This document shows positions 26,285-41,103 of a stretch of DNA of 64,000 nt, piece after piece. The stretch is taken from the NCBI GenBank assembly GCA_964187785.1, contig OZ076409.1, positions 41,108,001-41,172,000 on the forward strand, written 5' to 3'. The translations under genes were made by a program, and so were the position numbers. How positions within the stretch are numbered: position 1 is the first letter of the stretch; each line of letters begins with the position of its first letter. The notes beneath the pieces are model-generated. The model was not told where the DNA came from and did not search any database. It saw only the letters and a list, made by a program, of their open reading frames with translations. The stretch comes from Amphiscolops sp. MND2022. Lineage: Eukaryota.

Positions 26285-28428
26285 TGTCACGACCCCCTCC
26301 CAGTTGGTGCTTCACTTGTCACGATGGGATCCACCGATTCGTGAGAGGGTCTGGCCACGGTAGACTATCATATCAAGCTTCTAATGTTAATCAACTAAAA
26401 TTCCTACTTACAGTACAGCAAGATAGTTTAACAGAAATCCTTCTAAATAAGAAAAGCTAACGCAAGGGCAACGGACTTTTTGGAAAAGAATTCTACCTAA
26501 CTGAAACATCCGGTCTGATCTTTTTACCTTTTTTTGTTTCCGGTTAATCTTCTGAGATTCACATACTAATCTAAAAAGCAAAACAGAGACGAAATTCACA
26601 ACAGAAAATGAGTTCTTCTTTTCTACCCTAAATGAAAAATAAGGACAGCGTTCAACTCCGCGATCCTAATAGAGTTCATACAAATTAAAAAGAAGCGGAC
26701 ATACAAAATAAAACAGTAGATTGTTTTTCAGTACTAAAGTAGTTGTTAAAACCCACTTAAATTACAGTCAAGCAATTTAAGCGAGAAATTACGACGTTAT
26801 GACAGCATGACTTATCAGTACTGGTAACTGGTGTCTCCATTTTACGGACCAATTGAGTCGTCCCTCGGTTGATTTATTTGCGATCAGTCCAATAAGAATG
26901 ATTTTCTTGTGACGTCACTAGCTGAGAGAAAGAAAAGGAACGCATACGGTCTCCGCATTCTCTCCGTTGGTCGCTGCTCAGCTGTACTTAATCATATTAC
27001 TTACGGAGACGTCACGGTGTAAATTGAAAAATTGTAACTGAAAGGGAGCTTTTAACCAATGGTTGAACAGGATTTTGTCAAATAATGATGCATTAGGGAT
27101 ATTTTAGGAACAAGATTCAGCGTGTTAAAGCTGTACTGTAGGGAAGAATTGTGAGACTATATCCTTGAGCTTAATGATGTTTCAACTTCCTAATTGAAAT
27201 TACGTTGCAAACAATTTATGTTCGAGAAATTGAGATTGTATGTGCATTAGAACGACAAACTATAGCTTTGTAATCCAAAAATGCAACGTGAGATTGTCGT
27301 TATCGTTATTAAACCTTGATTCTCCACCTTTTTACACTATACTCATTGGCGAACACGGCAGTGTTAATTTTATTTAGATTTCTACTACTTGATACGTATT
27401 GTGTCCGGATTTGTACTGACGTTCCTGTTGTTTTTTTGCCTTAAGTACTCAGTTTGCCGTTGCAAGGGGTTTCAATGTAAGTTTAGACACTGCAGTTTCA
27501 AGTTTATGTTCATGATGATTGTAATATGTTACTTCAGCATCATTCGTTCCTTTCTATCAAAATATAGTTATTTCCGCTTTCGGAATTACTCGCTCCGCTT
27601 GAACCGCGTTGCCATTTTTGCGTGTCATACTTTTATCTTGACCTTCGAAATTCCCAATTTGGAAATTGACTAACTGATCACGCCGGCATGCCTCCGTTGA
27701 TGAAAATATTAAGCGATTTGTTATTTTGCCGCCTTTTCAAGACTAAACAGGAAAGGCACTAGCATGAACAAAAATGACTTCAACAAGTGTTACGGAAAGG
27801 TGACGAAACTAGGAATTTCGATACCTGATTCTATGACTGAAATGGTATATAATACTGGGGATTTTTATTGAACAAACCCGATTCTTATGACACCTAGGAA
27901 TTTTTAGGTGAGGAACAAATGGAAAATCATATATAGATGTAGATGACATGTAAAATTTTAGTCAGTTTTTTTGTTGTTTCCTTGATCACACATCCTTGAC
28001 AAAAAACATTTTTCTACGAATCCACCAATTCCAAAGATATCATCTTTTCAACGAAAAATGACCACTAGAAGTCAGAAAAGAAAAGCTGTAGCTGAACAAG
28101 TATCAGGAGATTTCGAAGCCTCATTAGTTGAGAATAATCAAACTGAAAACTACGTAGCTGTTCCGAATAAGTCGCCCAAAATTCAATCTGAGAAACTCAA
28201 TGAGATTAAAACGTACCCAAGAAAAGAGATCGTCATGTAACGAAAGCTTAGCTAAGAACCAAAAGGGAATGTTAACACTAATAGCCCCAGCTGTTACAAA
28301 TCCAGTAACTCTCCAAATCCTCGAAAACTCAGATTCCGAACCTGAAAACATCTTTCCCAACACAACTTCAACCCCAATAAAAACAAAAGCGACTACTTCT
28401 AAAACTACACCGGTAACTAGTCGTAACA
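26285..28428 (+). mobile_element. Probable solo LTR (2.1 kb) containing a frameshifted gag-like ORF start (28058-28428)
   Basis: TGTCACGAC...GTCGTAACA termini (8/9 inverted), flanks GGAAC/TGAAG; ORF MTTRSQKRKA...STPIKTK...VTSRN reaches the terminus. Confidence 0.6.
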
Positions 28429-30299
28429 TGAAGACTTTCGCTGTGATCAGGCTAAAGTAAATCCAGAGAACGGATTCTTTCATAGCCCTAATTTATTTAG
28501 TTTTTTTTCAATAAACGTTTCTATACAAAATGTATTGTGAAATAAGACGGATGCAGCGTATATACTTTGGTAAAAATTCTTTGATTATAAATTATTTGGA
28601 ATTTTGGGTGATAATTTGTTCAGTTTTGACAAAACATTTCTTTAAAGAATATCGGCTACATCATGATCGTCTGAATTGTCTCTTTTTACGACGATCGAAT
28701 TGAGTTTCATCTCTTCCGTAGAAGGAGAATCTTGATAAAAACGAGTTTGAGATTTCAGTGACGAAGTTTTTGTTTCCCATTAAAACTATTCTACAGAAAA
28801 ACAAAATGTTACTTAATTGGGTATCCTCCCCAGGGATACAAAAATCATCTTTTTGAGCTGTTTCTTCCGTTTCTATTTTCAACCACACCTTTTTCTCATT
28901 TTTTCCATGCTGGCAAACTCGACGTGAAATGAGATGCGATTGGCGGAGACTTTGTCAGTTCGGGGAACACCAAACGTACGTATCTCTTTCTTGGATCTTT
29001 TCGTCTGTATAATGTTTCCTAAGACAGTTCGTCATAGACACATTGATGTTGAGAGGAATTTAGGTATATTTGAACTGAAACAAGTTCGGTCAAAAATTTT
29101 CAAATCTAGTAACATAACTCCATCAACACAACTTGAAACGCAAGAAAGTTATCAGAAAACGCTAATTTTGGTGTTCTTCTTATGTTTGAAGCCATATATC
29201 TCTAAGGTGCGAAACCTTTATCGAGAGAATTCGCTTTTTGTCATTTTTCTTCAGAACCTTCTCTTCAAGAGACACTTCTTCTATTACTGAGAGATTATCG
29301 CAAGCTGCCGCCTGTCACAATGTACACTACACGATCAACTGTGACGAAGTAACGCAAAATATTCACCCAGAGACTGTATAGAAATATAGACTATATCCCT
29401 ATATAGAAAGCTAGTCACATATGCTCTAATTACTTTCATTAACTTCGCTGAAGTCGTGGAACCAATTTTTGTTATAAGGTCACATTTAGGTCACCATGAC
29501 CCAGCCGTGTAAATCATATATTTTAATAGTGCTAAACACCATTTCTATGCATATATTGGACAAAAAGATGAATGGTTTGAATTCGTACATGCTCAGGAAT
29601 CTCAAAGCGATGATAACAAAATTTGGCAGCTACTTGACCAACGAATGAATGAATGAACATTTAAATTCGTATTTGTTGCCCTGCTCGCTGTTACAAATTA
29701 CAGAGTTTACCATTTACAGCGAACGTAATAGGTAGTTAGTTTACAAAATTTGGATAAATTATATAGTTTGGAGGTGCAACTCAAGTTCATCAACTTATTT
29801 AGTTTACGAAGATTTGAGAACGTATGAAACTCTTCCGCCAAACATTTTTTCGCACTTACTTTAGGCTCATAGAAACTCGAAGTGAATGATATTCGTCCGC
29901 CAGCACGTTCTTGTCGCAGAGAAAACAAAGCATTTCAGTTCTTCCTAAAACGTTTTGTCTTGTATGAGCATTCACAAAAGAAACACATCGGAACCTACTA
30001 AATTAGTTTCTGTAAGGTTGTCTCAATTTGATAAGGTATTTTTTATGCCGTTATTGGACTTGTATAAGAAGTATGTTTTACGAAGAGTGCTCTCGTTCAA
30101 TGATTGTTGGCCAAGATTGTATAGCAGCATCCTTCAATTGTGCTATCAAAAAACCTCATCAAGTTTGGTTCTGATATCTCAGCTGCATATTGAAAACTGC
30201 AGGTAAACCACACGCTATTAGATTTTTTTTCTGTATTGTTTCTAGGCTGTTTGTCTTTCCACATGTCGTATTGCAGTTTTAGAGAAGATTGGAATACTT

Positions 30300-31900
30300 A
30301 ATTGTGTACGAATTAAGAATTCAGTTTTCCCAGTTCACCATGTAACAACGGGTTCGGTGCCCCTTTGCGAAACTGTAAAATATTTTTTACATCGGAGGAA
30401 AATCCGATGAAAAATCACCAGGTGATCAAGATATTTGTATCCAAAAACTACGCATTCATCAGTGAGTATATGTATAATCAGCGAGTCTAAAGTGATTTTT
30501 AGGTTCGGATAGGTTTTGGCCCGCTATTTTATATATGCGCTTGAATAGAGCTTTTTACGGCTTTGGCCACAATTTTTCTACCAATTGGAAAATATTGTTA
30601 TACTTGAAAAGTGATAAAACTATTTACGCGTTCAATAGCGTAATCGTTCATTAACATTGACTTGGCTTTGCCCACTTTATCACGGGAAAAAATCAGTAAT
30701 TTGTTTAGAGCAATTGATGTTCAGAATCGAAGACCAGGTACAGTCTCTAGTGCTTTTGCATATCTTCTTCACTCCAAATAATAAATTAATGTCGTCAGGA
30801 TACAGAAGGACGAGCAGGTTAAAAAACCTTTGAGTCTAATACTTATCAAGATTTTCTTCGACAAACTTTTCAGTGAAGCTTGACCATTACAGCTGTTTCT
30901 GAGAAAAGGTTCAACATCATTGATATAACTAGTGAAAGTAAATGTGACCCAATATCATCTTCTTGCTTGACACCCACGCGGCAATAAAAAATGGAACCTT
31001 TTGCAATGATCATAACAAAAGCTCGTGTTTTCGAATAGACTTTTCTCAAGACACCTAAAACCTTTCTATTAATGTTTTAAGTCGTCAGTTTTTGCCAAGG
31101 TAAACTTCTGTCAACTAAATGCTTTTTCATGATCAATAAAAGTATCATAGAGTCGCTCTTCTGGTCAAGAGGTGTTGTGTTTCACGTCGTTAGCATTATT
31201 TGAACTTGGGCACCGAGATAATTCGAATTCACAATGAAAAGCGCAGTGCACATCCGACAAACCGAGGTCGAAACTTTCAAATTTGAGTTCACTAAATTGA
31301 TCCAAGAATAAATGATTCTCAACCATAAAATTCATAACAGTTCTAGAGTTATAGTTAGGACAAGTGTGTTCGTCGATATTTCGATGAGAGCCAATGCATT
31401 CATTCACAATGATTAGACCGGCTGTTTTACACAAATCAACCAAATGTCTACCATTTTAAAAAACGTTTTTAACTTAGTTTTTGCGTGCCGGTAACGCAGG
31501 AGTTTTGTCGTCCAGGAAAATGTAGTCAGAAATTTTGGTGTTGAAATCTCCAGAAAACAAAATTTTTTGTTCAATGTTTTCATTCCGATCAAGTCATCGA
31601 GAAAAACGTTTCCAACACTTGACTCCAGTATTTCGAGCTCTCATATGGCATATATACAACACCAAATATAGGTTACCCCTCCGATAATAATGTTTGCCCA
31701 TAGCTTTCAGTCTGTTTCACAGAAGTTTTGTCAGAGATCGTTTTTAACTAGCAAATCTGAGTCGTGATGATCTTTCAATTTGCTTTTATCAGCACCAATA
31801 AAAATGTCAAAGTTTGCGAACTCACCTTCTGAAAAACAGTTAGTTAGTGTTTTGGCAAAACCAATTATCTCATATTTGTGCTCAGAGTTTTGTACCAGTT
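30300..31900 (-). pseudogene. Degenerate LINE, endonuclease and RT remnants
   Basis: GDFNTK and DLCKTAGLIIVNEC...SDVH (APE endonuclease); GVKQE and LLYPDD (RT); heavily interrupted. Confidence 0.75.
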
Positions 31901-34900
31901 AAAGTTTTTATTTTAATATGAAAACCTCGGACAAAATTATTCTTCAGTCCTACATTGATATCATCAACAGGGAAAGTAGCCATGTTTTCAATTGCTACTT
32001 AGAGAACACTTTCAGCATGGCTACCGTCTCCCAGTTCATTTTTCTCCGGAGATCAGATAATGTGTTGATGAACCCAGCTCAGAGTTATTTTGTAGTTGAT
32101 ACGACATTCGTCAGTCGCCACTTTATAGCCAGCTTTTTTCATGAGGTATATAGCTCTTGCTCTTTCCTCAAGTCAAGCCATGACTAGTCACCAAACTACG
32201 CCCATTAAATTTTACAAGCACTTTTTGATCACTGACAGGTACTGTATGAATCTGTATGTACTGTATGTACTGTATAAATCATGAAGAAGTTTTCAAAGGT
32301 GTGTCTCTTCGCATATAAAACACTTTGCACTTTTTGAACCTTCATGGGATCCCGTATTGTTTCTGAGAATTTTTGGGTTCAAGATACCAAAACTAGTGCT
32401 GCGATTATGTGCCTCTTATCGCTGCCATATAAGGTCAGTTTGGGGGTTTCCGAACGAATTTTTGAAATTTTTAGTATTTTTTTGCTGAGAATATAATTGC
32501 AAGCTTCAAATCCTTAATTACAAAACCATTTCCCATAAGAAAAGAAGTTAATTCTTGCCAACTTTTAGGTACGCGCTTCTTCAATCTTCTATTCAATCAA
32601 AATTTTGCCAAAAAGAATAGTTTTCTAGACCGAAAGTGCCACCTCCAGGAAAAGCTAATTTGTAGTAAATGTTTGCAGCTACTTCACATGGAAGCGATTT
32701 TGAATACCGTTTAAAAGTGAGTTCGAATTATGTACCCAGTTTCTTCTCCCGAGGATTATTTTCTCAACGTTTACAGTAATTGAAATTCTGACAAATATTG
32801 AACAAGACTTCATGTTGCATAATGCGGCTTAGCACCCAACATTTGAAAGCTTTTTTCCGGAATCTCCATCACTCAGAAATCACTTATTACACTACCTCAC
32901 TAGTGTAGAACTGTCACATAAGCTGTATTTGAATTATCTGCCATAAAATGCACTAAACTGAGCGCAAGGTATAGCATTTTTTAACTCTTTAGTGTTTGAC
33001 AGATGCAGTATCCTTGCTTTTTGTTCATTTCTCTAATACGAGGCTCTCACAAAATCTCTGTGAAAAAACAGGAAAATGCATTTAATCAAGGCAGCACTTC
33101 ATTCTAATATTTTTTCCATTCGAGATCATTAACACGTCATTAGAAGTCAGCGGATACGATTGTTTACTACGGGTGCTGAATGCTTTTATACAAATGTACA
33201 TGAAGTAAAAATGGGCGGTTGGCAAATGAGGGACTTTCGGTGGTGTGGTGGCAGCTCGTTAGTCTGTTGTGAACAAACAATCGCTAGACCTGGGTGATGG
33301 TACCTGTCATTATGCCAAAAAGAGTGCCTTGCGGGGTACAAGGAACATACACCTGGTGTTGCATCTACACACTATACATTCAAGCGTCTATTCCCAACAA
33401 CTCGTAACTCCATAAACTACAGGTCTGAATTGGATAAAAATCAATCTAGGATTGACCGCCTGGAACTTTTTTGCAGTAACCGATCTTCACCCCCGGGATG
33501 TGTTGGTGGGTTATTCAGTTATCGTCTGTCCCATATACTTTCTTTCTCATATGGTACGGGCAGGACATGTTAACCTGCTCATCTCATGTGTATTGTAGCT
33601 GAGGAGCACCGCCGGAGTTTCCTTATCATTATTTCTTATATCCCACCAGCAGCTCGACTAATATTCACACGGGTTTACAAGACTATAGTCATCCTTCACA
33701 GTCAAAATTACATTTATTTCCTTTTTTGCATCACCGCGTGATGAGAAAACCAACAAGTGTTTCTTCACACATGTCGAGTATTCGTTCACACTTTTTTCAC
33801 ACCAGTCAAGAAATATTTTATGTCAGTTAGCACCCTCTAGAAGGAAAATGAAGAGCTCTCGAGACAAGCACATACCTACTCATGTTAGTGTCACTTTATT
33901 TTCATTTTGGTGAATTTTCAATTCTTGGATGCCAATTGAAATTTTCTAATACCCATGGGTACAGTAACAAAAATTAAGTAATAATCGCTTTTGTTTCCAA
34001 AGTAAACTTCATACCTTCTCATTGCAACATTGTTTTGGTTGAGTCAGTTTCTTAATACTTTGAACCTTGTGTTTCATCAGCTTTATTAGAACTCAAATTC
34101 TTGACCTAGCACCTCAAAAGACGTATTTGAAGATTTTAAAACTCTAAACACTACTGCTGACGATGAAAAGAAACACTTAAAACATTTATTTACAGCAAAT
34201 TTCGTTTCGAACATGTGACAACTCTAACGCTTCTGGATTGAAGTTACAGGGTTCATAAACAAAACCTGTGTTCAAAAAGGAATGGCATAAGGTTGCGGTA
34301 CTTTCTGGCACCATCAAAGAAAAAATCAGAGGTACGATGAGCGAGCAGCGTCTGTACATATAGAAAAAACTTGCTACCCTGAAAATATTTTCGGCAAAGT
34401 TACCGATATCGGGGTTGGAAATTGAGTTTTACATTAACTTCAGGTATGGAGTAAAGATTTCTCATGCTATTATGATTGTTGAACAACATTTGAAAACTTT
34501 CTGCATAATTCTTGTAAAGTAAAAGTGTAGAGTTGGGGTCGAAAAACGTCGTTTTGGAAACAATGGATATTGGATGCTTTTCGTAGCTTTTGTTTTAGTA
34601 TTCAGAATTTTGGAGAGAATATTCTTACTTTGAAGTGTCCCCAGCTGCAGTTTTCAACTCCACAATTAGGTTTGTGATTGCGTTCTTGCCCGGTGTGAAA
34701 TATCTTGCACTTTCGTGAAACCTTTGCACATCGTGAAATCTTTGCTAGATTCTTATCAAGAGTGAAAAGAATGTGCACGATCTTGCCAAAACTTTCAATA
34801 GGAACGCTGGCAAATGTGAATGAAAATACACGAAAACCATCTCCAACCGCTGCTTGATCAGCGTACCTATCATTCAAGCCACCACACCTTGAAATTAATC

Positions 34901-35659
34901 CTCGTTTCGGTGACTATTCAAATCGTAGAATATTCAAACGCCGAAAAAATCAAGGCTATTCAAAGCGTCGAAAGAATTCTATAGCAGCGATTATTTTCAG
35001 ATTATAAATTGAAGAGGTTAGCATATTTGTTGTATGGCTCGGTCGCTTCGCTCCATTCGCCAAGTAGCAACATTGAGGCATGGCCATATGGCACGTCGCT
35101 CCGCTCCGCTCCGCTTCGCTCCTGCATTTAGGGCACTAGGGGTATGTGAGCATAGCTGATTACATTATCGTAATTAGTTCGTCGCTTGTGCTGTATTCAT
35201 TTTACTGAATTTGATGGGCTCCCCTAGTCGAGCCTGCATGAACTTTTTGCATGTTGCATGAATGCATGCAGGGAAACTTTTTAAAAAACCTAGAAAATTC
35301 AGGGATCCTGCAGGGAAAAATCTTGTAAAACTTCCCTGCATCTTGGAAAATCATGTAAAACTTTCCTGCATCTTTGAAAATCTTGGAAGTTTTACCCTGC
35401 GCTTTCAAAAAAAAGCTCTGCAACCTAATAAATCTGCGGAAAAATGACCAATTTTCAGATGAAAACTTTTAGAAAAAGTCACTGGAACCTATGAAATTTT
35501 GAGCAAGAGTTCACTTGAAAACGATGACTTCGCTCGAAATCCTCTTCTGATAGAAAACAAAAAAAATAGAAAAATACACTAAATTTGATAAGTGAATTTC
35601 AAAACAAATTATAAAAAATGTATAGAAATTCTAAAACATCAGTTTCAGTCTTAGCTGAG

Positions 35660-38600
35660 GTTTTCGGGAACCATCTGACATCAAGAAACGGGACATCAAA
35701 CTCGTAGAGAATCTGCAATAGTTGCGAGCAAGCTTCCACGACAGAAACGATTCCACGAGAATGCTTCTGAAACAGAAAATGTGTATCAGTTCACTGATTC
35801 CAGAAAACACTCTAAACTGGGTAAAAAGACAACACAATGAAAAGTTTGGAAGGCTTTTCAGTAAGAATGAAATGTGGTCCTTTTCTGACATTAGAAACAT
35901 GGTTCTTCGCTGATTCGGTTACACCAAAGACAAATTGCGCTGACAAAAAAGTTCAGAAACGCTTGCTTTTTGCAACAGAATATATGTTAATAAAGCCCAA
36001 AGGGTCCCCCTTTTACATTTTTCGGCACTAGGCGACATTTTCTGAAAGAAAAAAATTCGCTTTTGCGCTTTTTGAGCCTTAGATATGGCGCCGACTTTAG
36101 ACGTTCCCGTCTTGTTCCTGATTCGGTTACACCAAAGACAAACTGTGCTAACAAAAAAGTTCAGAAACGCTTGCTTGTTGAACGAAAGACAATAAAAAGA
36201 TGTTTTCCAAGGCGAAGTATGTCATAGTCCTTTTGAAAAATCTCGCTTTTTTTCTGATAAAAAGAACAATACTGCCCAGCACGATGGTTGAATGCGGAGG
36301 TCCACAGAAAAGAGGTTTTTGGAAGCCACCTGACATCAAGAAACGGGACATCGAACTCGTAGAGAATCTGCAATAGTTGCAAGCAAGCTTCCACGACAAA
36401 CGATTCCACGAGAATGCTTCTGAAACAGAAAATATGTATCAGTTCACTGACTCCAGAAAACAGTCAAAACTGGGTAAAAAGACAACACAATGAAAAATTT
36501 GGAAGGCTTTTCAGTAAGAATGAAATGTGGTCCTTTTCTGACATTAGAAACATGGTTCTTTGCTGATTCGGTTACACCAAAGACAGATTGCGCTGACAAA
36601 AAAGTTCAGAAACGCTTGCTTTTTGCAACAGAATATATGTTAATAAAGCCCAAAGGGTCCCCCTTTTACATTTTTCGGCACTAGGCGACATTTTCTGAAA
36701 GAAAAAATTCGCTTTTGCGCTTTTTGAGCCTTAGATATGGCGCCGACTTTAGACGTTCCCGTCTTGTTCCTGATTCGGTTACACCAAAGACAAACTGTGC
36801 TAACAAAAAAGTTCAGAAACGCTTGCTTGTTGAACGAAAGACAATAAAAAGATGTTTTCCAAGGCGAAGTATGTCATAGTCCTTTTGAAAAATCTCGCTT
36901 TTTTTCTGATAAAAAGAACAATACTGCCCAGCACGATGGTTGAATGCGGAGGTCCACAGAAAAGAGGTTTTTGGAAGCCACCTGACATCAAGAAACGGGA
37001 CATCGAACTCGTAGAGAATCTGCAATAGTTGCAAGCAAGCTTCCACGACAAACGATTCCACGAGAATGCTTCTGAAACAGAAAATATGTATCAGTTCACT
37101 GACTCCAGAAAACAGTCAAAACTGGGTAAAAAGACAACACAATGAAAAATTTGGAAGGCTTTTCAGTAAGAATGAAATGTGGTCCTTTTCTGATATTAGA
37201 AGCATGGTTTTTTGCGGTTTCGGTTACACCAAAGACAAATTGCGCTGACAAAAAAGTTCAGAAACGCTTGCTTTTTGCAACAGAATATATGTTAATAAAG
37301 CCCAAAGGGTCCACCCTTTTACATTTTTTGGCACTATGCGACATTTTCTGAAAGAAAAAAATTCGCTTTTGCGCTTTTTGAGCCTTAGATATGGCGCCGA
37401 CTTTAGACGTTCCCGTCTTGTTCCTGATTCGGTTACACCAAAGACAAACTGCGCTAACAAAAAAGTTCAGAAACGCTTGCTTGTTGAACGAAAGACAATA
37501 AAAAGATGTTTTCCAAGGCGAAGTATGTCATAGTCCTTTTGAAAAATCTCGCTTTTTTCTGATAAAAAGAACAATACTGCCCAGCACGATGGTTGAATGC
37601 GGAGGTCCACAGAAACAAGGTTTTCGGAAGCCACCTGACTTCAATAAACGGGAAATCCAACTCGTAGAGAATCTGCAATAGTAGCAAGCAAGCTTCCACG
37701 ACAGGAATGATTCCACGAGGATGCTTCTGAAACAGAAAATATGTATCAGTTCACTGATTCCAGAAAACAGTCAAAACTGGGTAAAAAGACAACACAATGA
37801 AAAATTTGAAAGGCTTTCCAGTAGGAATGAAATGTGGTCCTTTTCTGACATTAGAAACATGGTTTTTTCTGATTCGGTTACATCAAAGACAAATTGCGCT
37901 ATCAAAAAAGTTCAGAAACGCTTGCTTTTTGAACGAAGGACAAAAAAAAGATGTTTTCCAAGGCGAAATATGTCATAGTCCAATCGAAAAATTTCGCTCT
38001 TTCGTCTAATAAAAAGAACAATACTGCCCAGCACGATGGTTGAATGCGGAGGTCCACAGAAACGAGGTTTTTGGAAGCCACTTTACATCAAGGAACGGGA
38101 CATCAACCGCGTAGAGAAACTGCAATAGTTGCAAGCAAGCTTCCACGACAAACGATTCCACGAGGATGCTTCTGAAACAGAAAATATGTATCAGTTCACT
38201 GATTCTAGAAAACAGTCAAAACTGGGTAAAAAGACAACAGAATGAAAAATTTGAAAGGCTTTCCAGTAGGAATGAAATGTGGTCCTTTTCTGACATTAGA
38301 AACATGGTTTTTTCTGATTCGGTTACATCAAAGACAAATTGCGCTATCAAAAAAGTTCAGAAACGCTTGCTTTTTGAACGAAGGACAAAAAAAAGATGTT
38401 TTCCAAGGCGAAATATGTCATAGTCCTATCGAAAAATTTCGCTCTTTTCTCTAATAAAAGGAACAATACTGCCCAGCATGATGGTTGAATGCGGAGGTCC
38501 ACAGAAACGAGGTTTTCGGAAGCCATCTGACATCAAGAAACGGGACATCAAACTCCTAGGGAATCTGCACTAGCTGCAAGTCGGCTTCCACGGCAGAATT

Positions 38601-40345
38601 GATTCCACAAGAAAGCTTCTGAAACAGAAAATATGTATCACTTCCTTGATTCCAAAACGAAACAGTCAAAACAGGGTGAAAAGACAACATTGAAAAATTC
38701 GAAAGGCTTTCCCGTAAGAATGAAATGTGGTCCTTTTCTGACATTAGAAACATGGTTTTTCCTGATTCGGTTACACCAAAGACAAATTGCGCTAACAAAA
38801 AAGTTCAGAAACGCTTGCTTTTTGAACGAAAGACAATAAAAAGATGTTTTCCAAGGCGAAATATGCCATAGTCCTATTGAAAAATTTCGCTCTTTTCTCT
38901 AATAAAAAGAACAACACTGCCAAGCAGGATGGTTGACTGCGGAGGTCTTCGGAAACGAGGTTTTCGGAAGCCATCTGACATCAAGAAACGGGACATCAAA
39001 CTCCCAAGGAATCTGCACTAGCTGCAAGTCGGCCTCCACGACAGAAAAGATTCCACGAGAAAGCTTCTGAAACAGAAAATATGTATCTGTTCCTTGATTC
39101 CAAAAAGGAACAGTCAAAACAGGGATAAAAGACTACACAGTGAAAAATTTGAAAGGCTTTCCCGTAAGAATGAAATGTGGTCCTTTGCTGGCATTAGAAA
39201 CGTGGTTTTTTTAGTTGGCGCTTTTCTAGTGAAAAGTGCCCGACTATTAGAGTTGCTAGTTTTTTTTCTTTTATTTTTGTCAGACTACAATCTCACTCTG
39301 ATTGGTCAACTTTTCGTCCAATCGAAACTACTAAAACTACTACCATAAGGCCAAGTCCGGTCAGCGGTAATTAGTGCAAAAGGGTCCCCCCTTTCATTTT
39401 TTACCTTTTAACGTAACCTACAAAACCGGACGAGACTAAAGGGTCCCCCTTTCGATTTTGTGGCCTTGTGCGACTTTTTCGAAAATTTTTTAATGTCTCA
39501 AAAAAACCCTCTTTCAAGTTTTGTGATATTTTGCAACAGGGAATGTTAATAAAGCCCAAAGGGTCCCGCTTTTACATTTTTCGGCACAATGCGACATTTT
39601 CTGAAAGAAAAAAATTCGCTTTTGAGCTTTTTGAGCCTTAGATATGGCGCCGACTTTAGACGTTCCCGTCTTGTTCCTGATTCGGTTACACCAAAGACAA
39701 ACTGCGCTAACAAAAAAGTTCAGAAACACTTGCTTGTTGAACGAAAGACAATAAAAAGATGTTTTCCAAGGCGAAGTATGTCATAGTCCTTTTGAAAAAT
39801 CTCGCTTTTTTCTGATAAAAAGAACAATACTGCCCAGCACGATGGTTGAATGCGGAGGTCCACAGAAAAGAGGTTTTTGGAAGCCACCTGACATCAAGAA
39901 ACGGGACATCGAACTCGTAGAGAATCTGCAATAGTTGCAAGCAAGCTTCCACGACAAACGATTCCACGAGAATGCTTCTGAAACAGATAATATGTATCAG
40001 TTCACTGACTCCAGAAACAGTCAAAACTGGGTACAAAGACAACTTAATGAAAAAATTTGAACAGCTTTTCAGTAGGAATGAAATTTAGTCCTTTTGACAT
40101 TAGAAACATGGTTTTTTCTGATTCGGTTGCACCGAAGACAAGTTGCGCTACCGAAAAAGTTCAGAAACTTTCGAATAGTTCCAAGTTGGATATAGAACGA
40201 TGTCACTGGGTACCAGAAACGCTTGCATTATCGAATGAAAGACATTGAAAATAGAAGTTTCAAGGCAAATTATCTGTCATCTGAAAAGTTTGTTATTTTC
40301 TGTAGTCGAGAGAAACAATTTACCCAGCACAAAGGTTGAATGCTG
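35660..40345. repeat. Tandem array: 446-bp base unit, 652-bp derived unit, about 8 copies
   Basis: ACATCAAGAAACGGGACATC-type motif recurs with spacings of about 655, 652, 652, 446, 446, 448 and 913 bp. Confidence 0.95.
39209..39675 (+). mobile_element. Non-autonomous Helentron (HINE/DINE-1-like)
   Basis: Inserted in a T-run of the 446-bp unit without TSD; 5' subTIR/hairpin AGTTGGCGCTTTTC-TAGT-GAAAAGTGCCCGACT, 3' subTIR GGCGCCGACT, 3' stem-loop GACG-TTCC-CGTC then TTGTT. Confidence 0.75.
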
Positions 40346-40504
40346 TTCGGTCCGGCTGATTTACTGTGAGGTCCAAAGGGCCCAGTCTTCGATAAGGCGG
40401 TGATTACAACATCAAGTCTAGAACAAACATGTGTCATCAGTTTGGATTCATTTTCGAGTTATTTCAATCAATTATAAAAAAGCCAGTGGATAAATAACAA
40501 GCAG

Positions 40505-41103
40505 TCATAACAGAGATTTTATTAGTTTATTGAACAAGCGCGCTGCATGGTAAACCCCGAAGTCATTTAAGTGAACATTGTCTTCAAGGAAATGTCCGTG
40601 AGCGCCAATGGCTCGAGGACTGTAGTAGCACTCAGGAAATGTTTCTACTAATAAATTGTTTGTTTCTGTAACGAGCTCTCGCTCAACATCTGGGCGAGGG
40701 ATCATCCCAATTATGTGCAACTGCGCATTGGCATTTCGCTTTTGCAAAAGAGTATTGAAAATTAGGAAACTGTTTGCAACATCTCCTGGACTCTCCGCCT
40801 TCAGGTTTTCTTTGAACGGGTGCTGGGAAAGGTCATTATTCCCACAAAAAAGAATAATATGATGGTAATGATCAACCAGATCGAGCAGTTTTCCGAGATG
40901 CCTTGCCCGCAATCCACTTACTGCGCACCAGTGGATATTGCTACTGAAAACAAAATTGAATTAGAATCAATCGAACTGCAACACTCACAGCAAGCGAACG
41001 AACTACTTACTCAAGACCCATATAATTGCGAAGAAGTGGATCTTCGGAGAAAGGCACTATGCACCTTTTTAAGTTGGAGTCCCCAATAACGAGAACAGTG
41101 GTG
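40505..41103 (-). CDS. SGNH/GDSL hydrolase; exons 41103-41011 and 40943-40505, first exon not located
   Basis: Spliced (GTAAGT...TTTCAG, 67-bp intron): VLVIGDSN...VSGLRA...LFCGNNDL...GMIPRPD...DNVHLNDFG, all four SGNH blocks intact. Confidence 0.85.
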
